From IMG/VR virus record IMGVR_UViG_3300045988_157649: a stretch of DNA of 36,890 nt; one strand, 5' to 3'. This stretch comes from a virus. The notes under the pieces were generated by a model. The model was given only the letters and a program-made list of their open reading frames with translations, made no database searches and had not been told where the DNA came from. Position numbers and translations under genes: made by a program. Below are positions 22,840 through 31,906 of this stretch, piece by piece; positions within the stretch are counted from its first letter, which is position 1; every line of letters begins with the position of its first letter.

Positions 22840-24266
22840 AAACAACAAAAATTTACATCAAGAATTTGTTTGGTATCACAGAAAAGCAACTGGATGGAAA
22901 GAGTGTTGAAATCACTGGGAAAAACGGGAGCGGGAAAACATCTGTACTGGATGCAATCCGCTACGCATTGACCAATTCTTCTGACCGTGACTATATCATC
23001 AAAGACGGTTCAGAAGAAGGCGAAATCCTGATTGAAACAGATACAGGGTTATCTATCAATCGAAAAAAACGCATGGCGCAGGCGGACTATAAGATGGTCA
23101 AGGAAAATGGCTACACAGTGCCAAAACCTGAAAGCTTTCTTCATGAAATTTTTACACCCTTGCAGTTGAATCCAGTGGAATTTGCGTCCATGAAAAAAGA
23201 AGAACAAAACAGAATCATTCTGGATTTGATTCAATTTGACTGGGACTTGAACTGGATTCGTGAGAAATTTGGAGAGATTCCAGCAGGTGTTGATTACCAG
23301 CAAAATATTTTGCAGGTGCTGAATGATATTCAGTCTGAAAAGGGTGTTTATTTTCAGCGCCGTCAGGATACAAACAGGGATATTCGCAACAAAAATTCAA
23401 TGATTGAAGAAATCGGTAAGGAGCTTCCAGAGAACTATGCAGCTGATAAGTGGAGAACTTTTGATCTCTCTGCTGGATATACAGAACTGGCAAAAGACAA
23501 GGAGCATAACAGCAAGATTCAAAGAGCGCGGGCTTTCAAAGATTCTTATGATAATAAAATCAGGGGATATGAGGCAGAACGTGAAATCGAAATTTCTGAG
23601 GCAGAACGTATGGTTTCTGTTGAAAGAGAGCGTTTGACAGGGGAAGTAGAACGTCTGAAAGCTGAATTGGTTTCTGCTGAAGAAAAGCTTTCTAGGGTAG
23701 ATGCAGGTTTGGAAGATAAAAGAAAACTTGCAGACCAGACGTTTGAAACGAAAAAAGCAAAACTTGGCAGTGATATGGAGCTTGCTGAAAAATATGCTGC
23801 CATGGAAGAAATTGATACACGTGGACGGGAAGAAGAACTGCAGATTGCTTCTGAAATGATCAAGCATCTGAATGAGTATGATCGTATGAAGCGCATGCAG
23901 GAAGAAGTGAAAGATTTGAAGGAAAAATCAGAGTGGTTTACTAATCAGATCGAGCTTGCAAGAACACTTCCTGGAGAAATTTTGAAAGAAGCACATATCC
24001 CTGTGGAAGGTTTGACAGTCAAGGATGGAATTCCTTTGATTCATGGTCTGCCGGTATCAAATCTGTCTGAAGGCGAAAAACTTTCCCTCTGCGTTGACGT
24101 TGCAATTAGCAAACCCAATGCACTGCAGATTATTCTGATTGATGGGGCAGAAAAGCTTTCAGAAGACAACAGAAAAGCATTGTACGAAAAGTGTAAAGAA
24201 AAAGGTCTGCAGTTTATTGCGACTAGAACCACTGATGATGATTGTTTGGAGGTGACTGCACTGTGA
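22836..24266 (+). CDS. SMC/Rad50/RecF-like AAA ATPase with a central coiled coil
   Basis: Walker A is GKNGSGKTS. A long coiled coil follows. The C-terminus carries SEGEKLS (signature motif) and ILIDGAE (Walker B). Confidence 0.75.
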   Translation: MKTTKIYIKNLFGITEKQLDGKSVEITGKNGSGKTSVLDAIRYALTNSSDRDYIIKDGSEEGEILIETDTGLSINRKKRMAQADYKMVKENGYTVPKPESFLHEIFTPLQLNPVEFASMKKEEQNRIILDLIQFDWDLNWIREKFGEIPAGVDYQQNILQVLNDIQSEKGVYFQRRQDTNRDIRNKNSMIEEIGKELPENYAADKWRTFDLSAGYTELAKDKEHNSKIQRARAFKDSYDNKIRGYEAEREIEISEAERMVSVERERLTGEVERLKAELVSAEEKLSRVDAGLEDKRKLADQTFETKKAKLGSDMELAEKYAAMEEIDTRGREEELQIASEMIKHLNEYDRMKRMQEEVKDLKEKSEWFTNQIELARTLPGEILKEAHIPVEGLTVKDGIPLIHGLPVSNLSEGEKLSLCVDVAISKPNALQIILIDGAEKLSEDNRKALYEKCKEKGLQFIATRTTDDDCLEVTAL

Positions 24267-25027
24267 TTTTAACAAATGAAAACTATTTTTCCACAGAAGC
24301 AAATATGGAGTATATGAGCGTATCCCAGTTCAAAGCATTTGAAAGCTGTGAGGCAGCAGCCTTGGCAGAAGCAAAAGGCGAGTACCAAAGAGAGGAAACT
24401 ACTTCTCTGCTGGTTGGCAAATATGTAGATGCACACTTTGAGGGAACGTTGGATGTATTCAAAGCACAACATCCAGATATTTTTACCAAATCCGGTACAT
24501 TGAAATCAGACTATCGCAGGGCAGAAGAAATCATCAACCGAATTGAGAGTGATCCAGCATTTATGGATATGCTCTCTGGTGAAAAACAGGTTATTAAAAC
24601 AGGCATTATTGATGGAATTCCTATAAAAATCAAAATTGATGCGTATTTTCCCGGAGAAAAGATTGTTGATTTGAAAATCATGAAAGATTTTTCTCCAATT
24701 TGGAAAGACGGTCAAAAAATGCCTTGGTTTGCCGCATGGGGATACGATCTTCAGGGAGCTATTTATCAGGAAATTGAAGGAAATAAGCTTCCCTTCTATC
24801 TGGCGGCTGCATCTAAAGAGCCTGTAACAGATATACAGGGTTTACATATCCCTCAAGAGTATCTGGATGAACGTATGGAATATTTCCGTGGAATGTTGCC
24901 TAGATATGTAGCCATCAAGAGGGGAGAGATTGAACCAACACGATGTGAGCATTGTGACTACTGTAAGTCTACGAAAAAATTCCATGTGGTGGATGCCGCC
25001 GATCTTTATTATGACATGGAGGACTGA
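24263..25027 (+). CDS. PD-(D/E)XK (Cas4/RecB-like) exonuclease with a Cys cluster
   Basis: GTG 24263 (GTGA overlap, GGAGGTG RBS). IKIDAYF...IVDLKIMKD is the nuclease core. One N-terminal Cys plus the C-terminal CEHCDYC. Confidence 0.7.
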   Translation: MILTNENYFSTEANMEYMSVSQFKAFESCEAAALAEAKGEYQREETTSLLVGKYVDAHFEGTLDVFKAQHPDIFTKSGTLKSDYRRAEEIINRIESDPAFMDMLSGEKQVIKTGIIDGIPIKIKIDAYFPGEKIVDLKIMKDFSPIWKDGQKMPWFAAWGYDLQGAIYQEIEGNKLPFYLAAASKEPVTDIQGLHIPQEYLDERMEYFRGMLPRYVAIKRGEIEPTRCEHCDYCKSTKKFHVVDAADLYYDMED

Positions 25028-25029
25028 GT

Positions 25030-25446
25030 ATGAACAAAATCACATTATTAGGGCGTTTGGTTCGTGATCCTGAAATCAGGTATTCCAATAGCGCACAGCC
25101 AACTGCGATTGCCAGATATACACTGGCAGTTAAACGCAAATATGCGAAGGAAGGTCAGCAAGATACAGACTTCATTGATTGTGTGGCTTTTGGGAAAAGC
25201 GCGGAACTTGCGGAAAAATGGCTTACAAAAGGAAAGCAGATGCTGGTTGTTGGAAATTTACAGATTCGACTGTATGACGATAAAGAAGGCAATAAAAGAA
25301 AAGCTGCTGAAGTCATCATAGAAGAACAACATTTTGTTGGAAGTAAATCTGACACTGGGGAAACTCATCCTTCTGCTGAAGGACAGTCGAATAACGGATT
25401 CTATCCAATCAATGAAAGTTTGGAGGATGAGGATCTTCCATTCTGA
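25030..25446 (+). CDS. ssb: Single-stranded DNA-binding protein
   Basis: MNKITLLGRLVRDPEIRY is the OB-fold start, and the acidic C-terminal tail ends EDEDLPF. Confidence 0.9.
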   Translation: MNKITLLGRLVRDPEIRYSNSAQPTAIARYTLAVKRKYAKEGQQDTDFIDCVAFGKSAELAEKWLTKGKQMLVVGNLQIRLYDDKEGNKRKAAEVIIEEQHFVGSKSDTGETHPSAEGQSNNGFYPINESLEDEDLPF

Positions 25447-25461
25447 TTGGGGGAATGAACC

Positions 25462-25890
25462 GTGATTTATGTAGACACAAGAGAAAAGAAAAATGAGCAT
25501 ATTATCAGGTATTTTGAAAAAAATGGCATTTGCTATGAAAGAAAGAAACTTGATGTATGTGATTATACATCTGGAACAGGTGTATGGATTGAACGAAAAC
25601 AAAATCTCTTGGAATTGGCAGGAAACATTACAAAAGAAAATGGCAGAAGAATCAAGGCGGAATTCGAAAGAGTTCCGCCAGAATCTACAGTATATGTTTT
25701 GATTGAAGAAAAAATCAGTTGTCTGGAAGATGTACAGAATTGGTCGAGTAAGCATTCGAAACTGTTTGGGGCTACACTTTACCGTTATATGGTTAGCTAT
25801 CAGAAGCGCCATAACCTGAAATACATCTTCTGCCATAAAAATAGTACTGGCAGAATCATTGCAGAATTGCTTGGAGAAAGGAGGCAGTAA
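25462..25890 (+). CDS. ERCC4/Mus81-type nuclease domain protein (candidate junction resolvase)
   Basis: YVDTREKK...CDYTSG...WIERKQNLLEL (ERK motif). Confidence 0.6.
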   Translation: MIYVDTREKKNEHIIRYFEKNGICYERKKLDVCDYTSGTGVWIERKQNLLELAGNITKENGRRIKAEFERVPPESTVYVLIEEKISCLEDVQNWSSKHSKLFGATLYRYMVSYQKRHNLKYIFCHKNSTGRIIAELLGERRQ

Positions 25891-25892
25891 GC

Positions 25893-27719
25893 TTGGAATT
25901 CAGAGAATATACCAAAGAAGATTTTCTGACATCCCCAGAACCTTTTGAGGTTGTTTACCGCCACCGTGATAATGGGTTTGAGTTTACGCAGGCAATCGAG
26001 CAAATGGCTTGTGTTGCCCAATCCGTTGGTGTTCGTAACTTTAAGACATTATTCAAGGAATATTGTAAGGCGATGGGTGTTCGAGGTAGGGGCAATACCA
26101 TCAAAAACGCCACCAATTTTTCTGGGCAGCCCATAGAGCTGGACTGTGGTAACTGGATCGCTGATGATGACGGCATACGGGTGGAAACAGAAATGGGGGA
26201 GATGCTGGCGTGCATCCACCCCATCTTGCCCACCAAGCGCCTGGTCAATATCGACAATAATACGGAAAAGCTAAAAATCGAATATAAAAAAGGCAATTTC
26301 TGGCGGTCGTTGGTAGAAAGCAAGCGAACTCTTGCCAGTGCGTCACAGATTCTGGATCTGGCGGAGCGTGGTGTAGCAGTCAACAGTGAGAACGCCAGAC
26401 TTCTGGTGAGGTATCTCCATGATGCGGAAAATCTCAACTATGAGCGCATTGAGGAGGTCAGCAGCATTGGTCGTTTGGGCTGGGTGAAAGACTACGGTTT
26501 TTCGCCTTATGTGGAGCATTTGGAGTTTGACGGGGATGTGTCCTGCAAGAACTTTTTTGACAGCGTGAAACAGGTAGGAGATTTTACCCAGTGGTTTGAA
26601 ATGGCTCTGGATGTTCGCAAAAATAGCCTCTATGGGCGTCTTCTCATTGCGGCGAGTCTTTCCTCAGTGTTAGTGCAGCCATTGAACTGCCTGCCCTTTT
26701 TCGTCCATTTCTGGGGTGGTACAGAGGCAGGGAAGACTGTTGGGTTGATGCTTGCTGCTTCTGTTTGGGCAGACCCAAGACCGGGACGGTATATCCAGAC
26801 ATTCAACAGCACTGCCGTAGGGAAAGAACGTTCTGCGGCTTTTGTTTACAACTTGCCACTGATCATGGACGAACTGCAGATTGCCTCCAGTCGAGAAAGC
26901 TTTGACCAGGAAATATACAAGCTGTCAGAAGGTGTCGGCAAGACCAGAGGGAATAAAGCCGGCGGCGTGGACGAAACACCCACATGGTGTAACTGCATCC
27001 TCACCAACGGGGAAATGCCCATCACAGGGGTTTCCAGCGGAGGTGGGGCGGTGAACCGTATCATTGAGGTGGAATGTACCACAGCGCTGTTTGCTGACCC
27101 CAAGCATGTGGCAGATACCTGTCTGCAGAATTTTGGCTTTGCCGGAAGGTTTTTTGTGGAATGGCTGGAACGGAATGACCCTAGCTTTACAACAGCAGCA
27201 CAGCTTTACAAAATCTATTCCAAAGAGCTGGAACAGATGGACACCACAGGGAAACAGTCCATGGCAATGGCGCTGATACTGGCAGCGGATTTTCTGGCGG
27301 AACAAGCCATATTCCATGACGGGCTGGCACTGAAGCCACAGGACGTGAAACCCTTCCTGAAATCCAAAAAAGACGTGTCCGTGAACGAACGAGCTTATGA
27401 ATACATCCGTGAAACCTTGGCAGCAAACAAAAAGAAATTCGATGATAATGACGATGTCATAGAATGCTGGGGCATGGTGGATGATACATATTTTTATGTT
27501 ATCAAGAGCCGTTTTGAGAAAATCTGCGTGGAAGCTGGATACAGCGCAAAATCCTTGCTCAGCTGGATGAAACAGACAGGGAAAATCGAGGTCAGCAAGG
27601 GATATACCAAGACAAAACGAATCAATGGCGAGGCGGTTTCCTGCGTTTGGATCATCAAAGACCCCAACGGGCAGATGCAGTTGGAGGATATTCCAGACAG
27701 TGAGGAATGCCCCTTTTGA
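25893..27719 (+). CDS. DUF927-type SF3 replicative helicase/ATPase
   Basis: TTG start 8 nt after AGGAGG. The region GRLGWV...FWGGTEAGKTVGLMLAASVWADP...IMDELQ carries Walker A and B motifs and is DUF927-like. Confidence 0.7.
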   Translation: MEFREYTKEDFLTSPEPFEVVYRHRDNGFEFTQAIEQMACVAQSVGVRNFKTLFKEYCKAMGVRGRGNTIKNATNFSGQPIELDCGNWIADDDGIRVETEMGEMLACIHPILPTKRLVNIDNNTEKLKIEYKKGNFWRSLVESKRTLASASQILDLAERGVAVNSENARLLVRYLHDAENLNYERIEEVSSIGRLGWVKDYGFSPYVEHLEFDGDVSCKNFFDSVKQVGDFTQWFEMALDVRKNSLYGRLLIAASLSSVLVQPLNCLPFFVHFWGGTEAGKTVGLMLAASVWADPRPGRYIQTFNSTAVGKERSAAFVYNLPLIMDELQIASSRESFDQEIYKLSEGVGKTRGNKAGGVDETPTWCNCILTNGEMPITGVSSGGGAVNRIIEVECTTALFADPKHVADTCLQNFGFAGRFFVEWLERNDPSFTTAAQLYKIYSKELEQMDTTGKQSMAMALILAADFLAEQAIFHDGLALKPQDVKPFLKSKKDVSVNERAYEYIRETLAANKKKFDDNDDVIECWGMVDDTYFYVIKSRFEKICVEAGYSAKSLLSWMKQTGKIEVSKGYTKTKRINGEAVSCVWIIKDPNGQMQLEDIPDSEECPF

Positions 27720-27722
27720 AAA

Positions 27723-28043
27723 TGTGTGACTTTTCAGAATGAAAGACAGGCAGTGTGTGAAAAATGAAAAAGTGGCGTTTTCCTTGTAAAATCAACGTTT
27801 TTACCCATTTTGATTTTGCGGATGTGTGAATGTGTGACTTGTGTGACGTTTTACACACACCTTATATATAGGAGTATATATACAAGATGGTTATATACAC
27901 GTTTCTACGTATGCGAGGTATGCAAAAACCTTCACACATTTCACACAATAGGAAAAAACAGTTAGAAAATCCAGTAAAATCAATGGTTTCAGCGGTGTGA
28001 CTTTTTGTCACACAAATTCACACAAAAAACAAAATGTCACACA
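27723..28043. repeat. Putative replication origin: inverted arrays of TGTGTGA(C)/TCACACA iterons around an AT-rich TATATA core
   Basis: Forward copies at 27723, 27754, 27823, 27831, 27840 and 27995. Reverse copies at 27932, 27941, 28008, 28018 and 28037. The AT-rich core is at 27861-27900. The palindrome GTGTGAC-TTTTT-GTCACAC is at 27995-28013. Confidence 0.6.
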
Positions 28044-28064
28044 ATTCCATGAATGGAGGACAAT

Positions 28065-28421
28065 ATGGCACAGATAGAAACGAAAGAACAGGCAGAAAAG
28101 TATCTGACGCTCATTGGACGCAGAGGAAAAGCGTTAAAGCAGGGACGAGATGCAATCGTCAATTATCAGAAAACATTTGATGAAATCAATTTGCAGATTC
28201 GGAAACATCTGCTGGCGTACATGTTTTATCGGATATTTGATAACCAGATGCCCAATGAACCCAATCTCATTGCCATCTGGCTGCGGGTAGAGGAAAAAGG
28301 ATTGATGCGGGATTTGGCACGGACAATCCTTAACGGTGATCGAGAATGGTTTGAAATCATTTGTCAGAAAATCAGAGAAGTGGCGGATGAGGTGTTGAAG
28401 AAGGAGGTGGGCAAGAAATGA
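28065..28421 (+). CDS. Hypothetical protein upstream of the methyltransferase
   Basis: GGAGG lies 6 nt before ATG 28065. ATGA overlap with the methyltransferase gene. Confidence 0.55.
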   Translation: MAQIETKEQAEKYLTLIGRRGKALKQGRDAIVNYQKTFDEINLQIRKHLLAYMFYRIFDNQMPNEPNLIAIWLRVEEKGLMRDLARTILNGDREWFEIICQKIREVADEVLKKEVGKK

Positions 28422-30349
28422 AACAGATCAACTTATTAGAAGAACTGATTGTTGATAATTTTGCAGGCGGAGGCGGCGCATCTACCGGCATTGAACTTGC
28501 CACTGGACGCCCAGTGGATATTGCCATAAACCATGACCCAGATGCCATTGCTATGCACAAGGCGAACCACCCTTACACCACACATTATTGTGAATCGGTT
28601 TGGGATGTGGACCCGAAGAAAGTGTGCAGAGGAAGAAAGGTAGGGCTTGCCTGGTTTTCACCGGACTGCAAGCATTTTTCAAAAGCAAAAGGCGGTAAGC
28701 CTGTTGACAAAAATATTCGAGGGTTGGCGTGGATTGTACTGAAATGGGCTGGTACGGTGCGTCCCAGAGTGATCATTCTGGAAAATGTGGAGGAATTCCA
28801 GACATGGGGACCTGTGAGAAAAGGAAAACCAGTCAAAAGAAGAGCGGGAGAAACATTTCGAAAATGGAAAGAACAACTGGAAAGCCTTGGGTACTGCATA
28901 GAACATAGGGAACTGGTAGCGGCAGATTATGGAGCGCCTACCATACGGAAGCGTTTCTTTCTGATTGCACGATGTGACGGAAAGCCAATTGTATTTCCAG
29001 AAAAGACGCATGCGCCGGCAGGTAGCGAAGAAGTGAAAGAAGGCAGGAAAAAACCATGGAGAAGTGCGGCTGAAATCATAGATTGGTCCCTGCCATGTCC
29101 TTCTATTTTTGATACATCAGCAGAAATCAAAGAAAAATACGGAATTCGTGCGGTGCGTCCGCTGGCAGAGAATACCATAAAAAGAATTATCAGAGGGCTG
29201 GACAAGTTCGTATTAAATACTTCTGCGCCATTTTTGGTTATGGTAAATCATACGGGAGAGTTCAGGGGACAGAAAACAACAGATCCAGTGCAGACTGTCA
29301 CAGCAAAGAACGGATATGGATTGGTATCACCGATTTTGGAACCATATTCGATTTGGACGGTTTCCAATACCAGTAATGCGACAGGACATGCCGCAGATTC
29401 TCCCATAGATACCATTCGAACAGGAGGAGGTGGTGGACAGATGCTTCTTTCTGCGGCAATGACAGCCATAGGACAAACGGGTTTTTCAAAAGATCGTTCT
29501 TATAGCGTGGAAGAACCTGTCAGGACAACGGTTTCCAAAGCAGAGCAATGCTTGATGATGCCTTCACTGGTACAGTATCACACAGAACAGTCAGAAAAAG
29601 CCAGAGGGCAAAAAATAACAGAACCGCTGATGACACTGGATGCATCCAACCGTTATGGAGTTTCGGCGGCATATCTTACAAAATACTATGGAAACGAAAG
29701 AGGCGGTATTTCTGCTGCTGATCCATTGCATACGGTAACGGCGAAAGATAGGGAAGCGGTGACAGCGGTTCACATGGAAAAATTTTATAGCGGTGGATAC
29801 ACTGGCTGTGGAAGTTCTGCAAAAGAGCCGCTGGGAACAATTACAGCGGTAGATCATAATGGAATATCAGCAACATTTTTATCAAAGTTCTATAAAACTG
29901 GAATAGGACAAGAAATATCAGATCCACTTCATACTGTTACAACGTCCCCAGGACATTTCGGTTTAACCATTGTCAAATTGGAGAGAGAAAATACAGATTT
30001 GTGGCATTGGAATGAAATCAGAGAATTACTCAATCGATATGCTGACTACAAAATCGGATGTGATGAAATCCTGCTGATTTCCATAAAAAATCAAAAATAC
30101 TTTATCAGTGATATTGGACTGCGTATGCTCACACCGAAAGAGTTATATGCGGCAAATGGATTTCCTGCTGATTACATCATCGATAAGGATTGTGACGGAA
30201 AAACCTATGGAAAGACAAAGCAGGTGGCAAGATGCGGCAATGCAGTACCGCCGCCGTTTGCGGAAGCCCTTGTCCGGGCAAATCTTCCAGAAATGTGCGG
30301 GGAGAAAATTGGAAGTATGGAAATGTTGAAAAAAATTATGGTTGGATAA
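28418..30349 (+). CDS. DNA (cytosine-5) methyltransferase with an expanded, internally repeated variable region
   Basis: Motif I is DNFAGGGGAS. Motif IV is the variant SPDCKHFSKA. Motif VI is ILENVEEF. Motif VIII is TIRKRFFLIARCDG. Motif IX is LRMLTPKELYAANGFP. Motif X is GNAVPPP. Confidence 0.85.
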   Translation: MKQINLLEELIVDNFAGGGGASTGIELATGRPVDIAINHDPDAIAMHKANHPYTTHYCESVWDVDPKKVCRGRKVGLAWFSPDCKHFSKAKGGKPVDKNIRGLAWIVLKWAGTVRPRVIILENVEEFQTWGPVRKGKPVKRRAGETFRKWKEQLESLGYCIEHRELVAADYGAPTIRKRFFLIARCDGKPIVFPEKTHAPAGSEEVKEGRKKPWRSAAEIIDWSLPCPSIFDTSAEIKEKYGIRAVRPLAENTIKRIIRGLDKFVLNTSAPFLVMVNHTGEFRGQKTTDPVQTVTAKNGYGLVSPILEPYSIWTVSNTSNATGHAADSPIDTIRTGGGGGQMLLSAAMTAIGQTGFSKDRSYSVEEPVRTTVSKAEQCLMMPSLVQYHTEQSEKARGQKITEPLMTLDASNRYGVSAAYLTKYYGNERGGISAADPLHTVTAKDREAVTAVHMEKFYSGGYTGCGSSAKEPLGTITAVDHNGISATFLSKFYKTGIGQEISDPLHTVTTSPGHFGLTIVKLERENTDLWHWNEIRELLNRYADYKIGCDEILLISIKNQKYFISDIGLRMLTPKELYAANGFPADYIIDKDCDGKTYGKTKQVARCGNAVPPPFAEALVRANLPEMCGEKIGSMEMLKKIMVG

Positions 30350-30359
30350 GGAGAACAGT

Positions 30360-30581
30360 ATGAATATCCAGACATTTTTTGAAGCTGTATTTTATGTGTT
30401 GGATAAACTGACCCTGATGTTTCTGGCTTTTGTGATTATATACGCTTCGTTTAAAGTTGGAACAAAGTCGCATTTGCAAACCGCAGCAGCTACTTTATTT
30501 GTTGTTGTATTATCAATTTTCTTTGTTTTTACGCCGTTTATCAAGCTTGTGTATTATTTTGTAACGGGTGAACCGCTGTGA
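30360..30581 (+). CDS. Small membrane protein (2 TM helices)
   Basis: AAGGAG lies 6 nt before ATG 30360. Two hydrophobic helices. Confidence 0.55.
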   Translation: MNIQTFFEAVFYVLDKLTLMFLAFVIIYASFKVGTKSHLQTAAATLFVVVLSIFFVFTPFIKLVYYFVTGEPL

Positions 30582-30612
30582 GTTGTAGAGAATATTCGTG
30601 AGGTGAGGAAAA

Positions 30613-30963
30613 ATGAAAAATTTATCACAGATACCAGAGAGTGAATTGATCATTGTCAAATATAAAGAAGGAATGACTGAAGTCATTGAAGCAGGGGAAA
30701 TCGCAAGCTGTATTGCATATAACGAGGGATATAATCTTGAATTTTTTACAGCTGTAAAAGATGCCGTACAGATCAATGAAAGAGAATTGATAACCACGTT
30801 GACGGAAATGCTTGGTGATGACCAGTACGAAGATTGGGCAGAGGATATGTTTTATGAACTGATCGAAGAAAAAGAAACAAAGGCATTTGTGGAAGCATTC
30901 AACAAAGCAGCGGAAAATAGAGCGAGTTATAGCATGGGTGAAGCGATTGATTTGGAAAATTAG
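30613..30963 (+). CDS. Hypothetical strongly acidic protein (116 aa)
   Basis: RBS GAGGTGAGG. The product is rich in D and E throughout. Confidence 0.6.
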   Translation: MKNLSQIPESELIIVKYKEGMTEVIEAGEIASCIAYNEGYNLEFFTAVKDAVQINERELITTLTEMLGDDQYEDWAEDMFYELIEEKETKAFVEAFNKAAENRASYSMGEAIDLEN

Positions 30964-30974
30964 GAGAGGATGCT

Positions 30975-31376
30975 ATGAGAGAGATTTTGTTTAAGGCGAA
31001 ACGGTTGGATAATGGAGAATGGGTAGAGGGATTCCCGTTCCCTAGCATTACAGGAGAAGAATTGAACCGAATGACTGTTTTTGAACCATTTCCGGGTGGA
31101 ACTGTTGTAAATACTTATAAGATAGACCCATCCACGGTTTGCCAGTACGTAGGATTGAAAGATAAAAATGGCGTCAAAATTTTCGATGGGGATATTGTTA
31201 AACATTATATTGATTGCCCAATAAATGAGTATTCATTAGATTTTGGAAAAATATTCTGGCATAATCCAACACAACGATATTTGAGAACATCGTCAACATT
31301 TCAAAGCGACTGCAAGGAATTGTCTGATAAATGTAAATATAAAGTCATTGGCAACATTCACGACAAGGAGGAGTGA
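30975..31376 (+). CDS. YopX-family protein
   Basis: REILFKAKRLDNGEWVEG...KVIGNIHD are hallmark YopX ends. Confidence 0.75.
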   Translation: MREILFKAKRLDNGEWVEGFPFPSITGEELNRMTVFEPFPGGTVVNTYKIDPSTVCQYVGLKDKNGVKIFDGDIVKHYIDCPINEYSLDFGKIFWHNPTQRYLRTSSTFQSDCKELSDKCKYKVIGNIHDKEE

Positions 31377-31654
31377 CCATGATGGTAAATAAAAATACGA
31401 CTTTTTGTGTGTATATGACACCTTGTAATTATTGTTCGAAGTTTGATAAGCCTTGCAATGAGGCATGTAACGACAAGGGAAAGCCTAAAAAAGCAAAAGT
31501 CCCTGCAGGTAGTGAAGCACCTGATAAAATGCTTAACCCAGCCGGAGAGTATGCTGTTACGTTTGCCCGTAACCATGGTATGAGTATTGCTGCAGCTATG
31601 GAACAACCTATGGTAAAAGCAAGGTTTGAAGTATTCAATAAAACGGGATGGTGA
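31373..31654 (+). CDS. Hypothetical protein with a Cys-rich N-terminus
   Basis: 93-aa ORF coupled by ATGA overlap. Contains CVYMTPCNYCSKFDKPCNEAC. Confidence 0.5.
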   Translation: MTMMVNKNTTFCVYMTPCNYCSKFDKPCNEACNDKGKPKKAKVPAGSEAPDKMLNPAGEYAVTFARNHGMSIAAAMEQPMVKARFEVFNKTGW

Positions 31655-31658
31655 TAAA

Positions 31659-31904
31659 ATGAAACGATTTTTAATTTGCACCCTCGCGGCGGCAGTTATT
31701 GCCGTATCCCTTGCATGTTGTGGGGTGAGTGAGGCGGAAGCAGGGCAAGAGGAAATGTTTGTGGAAGTGTATGAAGGTCGTAGTTACAGCGTAGTATATC
31801 ATGCAGAAACAAAAGTGATGTATGTAGCTGGTGATGTTAAATATGGTGATGTATTTACCGTTCTTGTAAATCCAGATGGTACACCTATGATTTGGAGGGA
31901 ATAA
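31659..31904 (+). CDS. Secreted protein or possible lipoprotein
   Basis: MKRFLICTLAAAVIAVSLACCG is a signal peptide with a Cys near the cleavage region. The track start at 31626 is probably too early. Confidence 0.55.
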   Translation: MKRFLICTLAAAVIAVSLACCGVSEAEAGQEEMFVEVYEGRSYSVVYHAETKVMYVAGDVKYGDVFTVLVNPDGTPMIWRE

Positions 31905-31906
31905 CT

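Noticed and set aside
27886-28002. 38-aa + strand ORF (MVIYTFLRMRGMQKPSHISH...) inside the putative origin.
   Set aside because: The AGGAG-like sequence lies 12 nt from the ATG and is part of the TATATA-rich core. The ORF is made largely of iteron sequence, so it is unlikely to be coding.
27723-28043. Whether the repeated TGTGTGA/TCACACA words form a CRISPR array.
   Set aside because: The units are only 7-8 bp, occur in both orientations and have irregular spacing. There are no repeats of about 30 bp and no regular spacers. Iterons or operator sites fit better.
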